A stretch of DNA of 64,000 bases. Origin: an uncultured Chloroflexia bacterium (lineage in GTDB: Bacteria > Chloroflexota > Limnocylindria > Limnocylindrales > CSP1-4). The notes beneath the pieces are model-generated. The model did no database searches, was not told the origin of the DNA, and saw only the letters and a program-made list of their open reading frames with translations. Below, in pieces: positions 60,404 to 64,000 of the stretch. Numbering within the stretch: the first letter of the stretch is position 1; each line of letters starts with the position of its first letter. The translations under genes were made by a program, and so were the position numbers. The DNA lies in contig CAWCMN010000009.1 of NCBI GenBank assembly GCA_963796715.1, positions 966,172 through 1,030,171 of the forward strand, given 5' to 3'.

Positions 60404-60948
60404 ATGAAGGGGAACCCACGAGCCACGCAGGCATCGATACCGCGGATCGCTTCCGCCACCTGGCGGCGGGAGAGTTGGACCGCGCCTATCGCCTGGCCGG
60501 CCTGCTTCTGGGCGACCAGCCCGAGGCCGAGGATGCGACCCAGGAGGCCCTCCTTCGCGCCTGGCGCGCGGCCGGGACCCTGCGCGACCCGGAAGGTTTC
60601 CAGGCGTGGTTCGATCGCATCCTGGTCAACATCTGCCGCGACCGCCTCCGACGTCGCGGGCGCGTGCACTTCATCCCGCTCGACGGGGTGGCCGAGCCGG
60701 TCGCGGAAGCCGACCCGTTCCGCAGCGTCCTGGAGCGGGACGAGGCGGTTCGAGCGATGGCGCTCCTTGATCCCGACGAGCGGGTCGTCGTCGTGCTGCA
60801 CTACTTCGCGGACCTGACGTTGGCTGACGTGGCGCATCGCACCGGTTGGCCGGAGGGCACGGTCAAGTCGCGGCTGCACCACGCGCTACGCACGATGCAG
60901 GCGGGACTCGTCGGGTCGGCGGCCGCCGCAGCCGAGGACCGGTCATGA
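60404..60948 (+). CDS. ECF RNA polymerase sigma factor (N-terminal frameshift)
   Basis: AEDATQEALLRAW, AWFDRILVN, GTVKSRLH. Confidence 0.9.
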
Positions 60949-63614
60949 CCGACGACCTCGATCGCCGGCTCCGAACGAACCTCTCAGGGGCCACCCTGCC
61001 GTCCGCTCCGGACTCGCTGCATGCGGCCCTGGATCGCCTGCCCGATGAGGCCGGCCCGATCGGGACCGGTGGCCGGGGCCTGAGCCTCGCCTGGGCGATG
61101 CCCGTACTGGTCGTCGTCGTGCTGGCGCTCATCGCCGCCTGGTTGCCCGGCGGCTTCCTTGGTCCTGCCGGGCGAACGGCGTCACCGCGGGGCTCGGGGT
61201 CCCCCGTGCCGTCCAGCAGCCCGACCACGGCGGCCTTGCCCTCGCCGGTCGATCTGGCCGGCACCTTCCCGGGCGGTGGACTGTGGGCTGTCGATGCATC
61301 GACGCTGCTGATCTCCACCGACGCTGGCTCGAGCTGGAGCCGAACCACGATCCCCACATCGACCGGTGTCAGCCCGACCGTCTTCGTCCTGGACTCAGAG
61401 CACGTTTGGTCCGTGACGATCGGCCCGGGGTCGACGGACAACACCGGTTCGTCGACGGACATCACCAATCTCGTCGTGCACCGCAGCGTCGATGGCGGGC
61501 AGACTTGGCAGGCAAGCACGCTACCGGTCAACTTCGCCGACACGAGCCTTGAGCTGGTGTTCGGCGATGCGCTGCACGGCTACCTCGTCGGCTCCGCACA
61601 GCGCCAGAGCGATGGCACCAGCACCGTTGTCAGCACGGTCGACGGCGGGGCGACGTGGTCGGTGGTCGCCACCCGTCCGTGGCTCGGCGCGATGATCACG
61701 GTCAGCGATGCCTCCACGATCTGGGCGGGTGGGCAGCAGGAAGCCGGCGGACAGTTCCTGCAACCGATCCTCGACGTCAGCCGCGATGGCGGGCACACGT
61801 GGCAGGACGCCCGTCTGCCCGGGCTGGCCGGCCAGGACGAAAGCCAATGCGGCTGCTACCTCGCGGGCCCGCCGCTGTTCGTTGACCCCGCGACCGGCTA
61901 CGTGACGGTCATCTCGAACGTGGCCGAAGGGGCATCAGTCACCACCATCGATCGCACGACCGACGGGGGCCGGTCGTGGACGATCGAAGCCACCCAACCG
62001 CTGGCGACCGATTCGGGCGTGGCGGTGCTGGACCCCTTGCACTGGCTGCTGCTGGTCGGCTACCCGACTGCCGTCTTCGGCACGGCAGATGGCGGCGCCA
62101 GCTGGCAGACCGTGGCGCCCGCTGGCTCACCGAGCGACCAGTTCACGTGGGTCGCGGGGTTGGACGCCCACCGTGCCGGTGCACTTCGCGCGGTCACGGG
62201 CGCGAGCACCTCCTTCTCGGCGCTGTACCTCTCCGCCGACGGCGGTGCCACCTGGCACCCGGCCAATCTCGGTAGCTCGGCGACCTCTACCCAGCAGCCC
62301 CCCAACCCAAGCCCGTCAGTGACCCCCTCGACGAGCGACACCGCGACGGCTCTCGCCTTCTTCGACGCCGAGACGGGGCTGTTGGTGGGATCGACTGCGA
62401 CGGGCAGCGGCGCGGTGTGGCGCACGAGCGACGGTGGGCGAACCTGGTCCGCCCCGATCACGCTGCCGTCGGCCCCACCGACCTCCGTGGCGGTGTGGGG
62501 GACCCAGGACGCCTGGGTCGGCACCGATTGCGGCGGCACGGCCACGTCCACGTGTGAGCCGGGCGTCCTGGCGAGCTCGGATGGCGGCCGCACCTGGCTG
62601 CGCACGAGTTCCACGGCCGTGACCTCGCTCAGCTTCGGCGATGCGACCCATGGTTGGGCGACCATGCCCGGTGGGCCGGCAGTGGGTGGCGCGGCGGGTG
62701 GCCTACTGGCGAGCGATGACGGCGGACGGACCTGGTCGAGCCACGGCAACCCCTGTCCGGCTGATGGTTGGCCGGCTGCGGTGAGCTTCCCCAGCGCGCA
62801 GGACGGGTCGATCGGCTGCACGGGGATGAGCGGCGGGGGGACAGCGGCCAAGTGGGTCCTGGGCACGACCGACGGAGGCGCGACGTGGACCGTCCGCGCC
62901 GGCGTGCCCGAGCCCGGCTCCGGGCCGTCCGTCGGCTCCATCGACTTCGGCGACACGCTCGCGGGGCTGGCGATCCGGCTAGACGGCGCAGGCATGTGGT
63001 GGGGCCCACGCGGGGAGACGGAACGGACTGTCGACGGTGGTCGATCCTGGGCGGCCGGTCCGCCGGGCGAGTCCGCCGTCGACATCCCGGCATCGATCTC
63101 GGTCCCGACGGACGCCGACTGGTTCGCGCTGTTGTGGGATGGGAATATCGGTGAGCAGGTCGTCCAGGCGAGCTATGACGGTGGGCGAACCTGGACCACC
63201 GTCTCGCCGTCCCCGACCGTTCCGACCGCGGCCGAGGTGACCTTGCCGCTCGGATCCGGCCACTCGATGGTTCTCACGATCGACGACGAATTGGGGCAGC
63301 TCCAAGCCGTGCGTGCGGCGACCACCGCGGAGCTCGACAACCCGTTGCATCCGCTTGACGACGTCGTCCTCTACAACCGCGGTGATACGACCGGCGTTCA
63401 GGTCGTGCTCCAGTGGGACGGCGTCATCTGTGACACGACCGCCACGTTGATCATCGGGCCGGACGAGCATGCGTGGACGCTCGAGGACGGCCCGACACCG
63501 CCGTGCGATGCCTCGAACGCCGCACGGGCCGTGGTTCTGACGTTCGCCCTCCCGATCGATGCTGGTTCGATCGTCGTCACGCGTGAGTCACCCGCCTCCA
63601 GTCCGTCCAGCTAG
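60945..63614 (+). CDS. Membrane-anchored anti-sigma candidate with BNR/Asp-box beta-propellers
   Basis: ATGA overlap with the sigma gene; short cytoplasmic N-terminus, one TM, many S.DGG.TW repeats. Confidence 0.8.
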   Translation: MTDDLDRRLRTNLSGATLPSAPDSLHAALDRLPDEAGPIGTGGRGLSLAWAMPVLVVVVLALIAAWLPGGFLGPAGRTASPRGSGSPVPSSSPTTAALPSPVDLAGTFPGGGLWAVDASTLLISTDAGSSWSRTTIPTSTGVSPTVFVLDSEHVWSVTIGPGSTDNTGSSTDITNLVVHRSVDGGQTWQASTLPVNFADTSLELVFGDALHGYLVGSAQRQSDGTSTVVSTVDGGATWSVVATRPWLGAMITVSDASTIWAGGQQEAGGQFLQPILDVSRDGGHTWQDARLPGLAGQDESQCGCYLAGPPLFVDPATGYVTVISNVAEGASVTTIDRTTDGGRSWTIEATQPLATDSGVAVLDPLHWLLLVGYPTAVFGTADGGASWQTVAPAGSPSDQFTWVAGLDAHRAGALRAVTGASTSFSALYLSADGGATWHPANLGSSATSTQQPPNPSPSVTPSTSDTATALAFFDAETGLLVGSTATGSGAVWRTSDGGRTWSAPITLPSAPPTSVAVWGTQDAWVGTDCGGTATSTCEPGVLASSDGGRTWLRTSSTAVTSLSFGDATHGWATMPGGPAVGGAAGGLLASDDGGRTWSSHGNPCPADGWPAAVSFPSAQDGSIGCTGMSGGGTAAKWVLGTTDGGATWTVRAGVPEPGSGPSVGSIDFGDTLAGLAIRLDGAGMWWGPRGETERTVDGGRSWAAGPPGESAVDIPASISVPTDADWFALLWDGNIGEQVVQASYDGGRTWTTVSPSPTVPTAAEVTLPLGSGHSMVLTIDDELGQLQAVRAATTAELDNPLHPLDDVVLYNRGDTTGVQVVLQWDGVICDTTATLIIGPDEHAWTLEDGPTPPCDASNAARAVVLTFALPIDAGSIVVTRESPASSPSS

Positions 63615-63648
63615 GTGCGCCGGACCCGTACGATACTCCCTATGGGTA

Positions 63649-63725
63649 TTGACAAGGTCTTGACAAGCCCGTGGTTTGGGAGCAGAATGTAGCCACGGGA
63701 AGCCGTGTCAAGACTTGACACGGCT
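63649..63725 (+). promoter_or_regulatory. dnaG promoter with TTGACA repeats and a perfect palindrome
   Basis: TTGACA(63660)-17bp-CAGAAT; AGCCGTGTCAAG-A-CTTGACACGGCT at 63701-63725. Confidence 0.6.
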
Positions 63726-63751
63726 CTGAGTGTGTTCGGCACCTGACGCGG

Positions 63752-64000
63752 GTGAGGGCCGACACGAGCAACACCAAGGGGTACACCGGCACGACCGCAG
63801 GCATCGCTGCAACCGTCAAGGACAAGGTCGATCTCGTCGAGGTCATCGGCGAGACCGTCCAGCTCAAGAAGGCGGGCGCTTCCTTCAAGGGGCTCTGCCC
63901 CTTCCATGGGGAGAAGACGCCCTCCTTCGTGGTCACGCCTGCCCGCGAGACCTGGAAGTGCTTCGGCTGCGGCAAGGGCGGCGACGTCTTCAGCTTCGTC
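63752..64000 (+). CDS. dnaG: DNA primase, N-terminal CHC2 zinc finger (truncated by the window end)
   Basis: [49 protein letters not shown]. Confidence 0.93.
   Translation, partial: MRADTSNTKGYTGTTAGIAATVKDKVDLVEVIGETVQLKKAGASFKGLCPFHGEKTPSFVVTPARETWKCFGCGKGGDVFSFV

Noticed and set aside
10-60948. Numerous frameshifts suggesting mass pseudogenisation or programmed frameshifting
   Set aside because: Single-base indels hit ordinary conserved genes throughout, often in G/C runs, with motifs otherwise intact. Long-read consensus error is the simplest explanation.
643-63085. Many long overlapping or antisense ORFs (e.g. 643..2643, 29869..32190, 48288..50225, 53993..55519)
   Set aside because: They are Arg/Pro/Gly-rich shadow frames expected at high GC, opposite recognisable genes.
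1-64000. tRNA/rRNA genes, transposases, integrases
   Set aside because: No cloverleaf/T-loop signatures, rRNA motifs or DDE/tyrosine/serine recombinase ORFs were recognised. The only tyrosine-recombinase-fold relative is the TopIB.

Overview
High-GC bacterial chromosomal window. The gene content suggests a soil or freshwater Chloroflexota such as Limnocylindria, or possibly an actinobacterium; this is inference only. Many genes carry single-base indels that look like long-read consensus errors. After a fused UvrD-helicase/PD-(D/E)XK nuclease gene (10-3693) lies a ~13.7 kb defence island (~3750-17500) that is visibly less GC-biased. It encodes, in order: a GmrSD-type DUF262/HNH protein, a large alphaCTD/sigma4/HTH protein, a BglII/BstYI-like nuclease, a translationally coupled HKD-SF2 helicase + tiny protein + CxC Rad50/DndD-like ATPase + Dnd-associated-4-like protein (no dndABC), an antisense wHTH protein sharing a paralogous C-terminal domain with the sigma4 protein, an M.Sau3AI-like C5 methyltransferase, Vsr, and an AspBHI/MspJI-family 5mC-dependent nuclease. 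The remainder holds metabolic and envelope genes, three toxin-antitoxin loci, a stress cluster (sodN, dps, topoisomerase IB, a two-component system, lipid kinase/phosphatases), an ABC exporter, an ECF sigma/anti-sigma pair and the start of dnaG. Five intergenic copies of a nested inverted-repeat element, some with copy-specific internal tandem repeats, are dispersed through the window, mostly beside TA or nuclease genes. No tRNA, rRNA, CRISPR array, integrase or transposase was recognised.
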